Positions 63,730 to 64,000 of a DNA stretch of 64,000 nucleotides are shown piece by piece. The stretch covers positions 228,289 to 292,288 of the forward strand of contig NIVC01001091.1 of assembly GCA_002269645.1 (NCBI GenBank), in the 5' to 3' direction. The translations under genes were made by a program, and so were the position numbers. Every line of letters starts with the position of its first letter. The first letter of the stretch is position 1. The stretch comes from Macrostomum lignano (lineage: Eukaryota). A model generated the notes under the pieces. That model saw only the letters and a list, made by a program, of their open reading frames with translations. It was not told the origin of the DNA and made no database searches.

Positions 63730-64000
63730 CTACAAAAATGATGAACTTGGCTTGATAAATATTCTGCTGCTAAAATCAAAGTCCGCGTCACGCACAATTG
63801 GCATTAGTCAGGAAACCCGAGACGTCGGGCTGGCGTGCTGCTGGCACTGAGTCGGATAGACAGGCCAGAAATACAAGAAGGAAGAGAGAAACTGCAATAG
63901 CTGAGAGATGCACAGCACTAAACTAATGGAGGCTGCACGAGAAGCATGGGAAGGAGATGATGGTGACATTATCGCAAAGATATGAGCAATGCTGAGTACT

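Overview
Eukaryotic (animal) genomic DNA with GC-rich exons and introns packed with different mini- and microsatellites, roughly 35-40% of the window by manual estimate. The style suggests a Macrostomum-like flatworm, but this is inference. Plus strand: the 3' part of cyclin T (3 exons); an unknown hydrophobic ORF (7650-8180); a complete 9-exon RNA helicase A/DHX9 gene (9594-29322, about 1325 aa); and a 2-exon Src42A/FRK-like kinase whose tail lacks the inhibitory tyrosine. DHX9 intron 5 holds a Ty3/gypsy LTR element (200-bp LTRs, TCTG TSD, tRNA-iMet PBS, disrupted gag-pol). Minus strand: a 3-exon pannexin-like channel gene (53277-49937) with an apparent 1-bp deletion, and C-terminal exons of a probable ankyrin-like gene. 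Pannexin exons 1-2 are bracketed by two large inverted arrays of the same 12-bp satellite. Other mobile DNA: a 5'-truncated LOA-type LINE with an intact RT-RNase H ORF, a V-type tRNA-SINE, a 299-bp MITE with an 8-bp TSD, a LINE RT fragment and a Helitron/Lep1-like element next to a 1.8-kb GATA array. All family calls come from manual motif recognition; no database search was run, and repeat boundaries are approximate.
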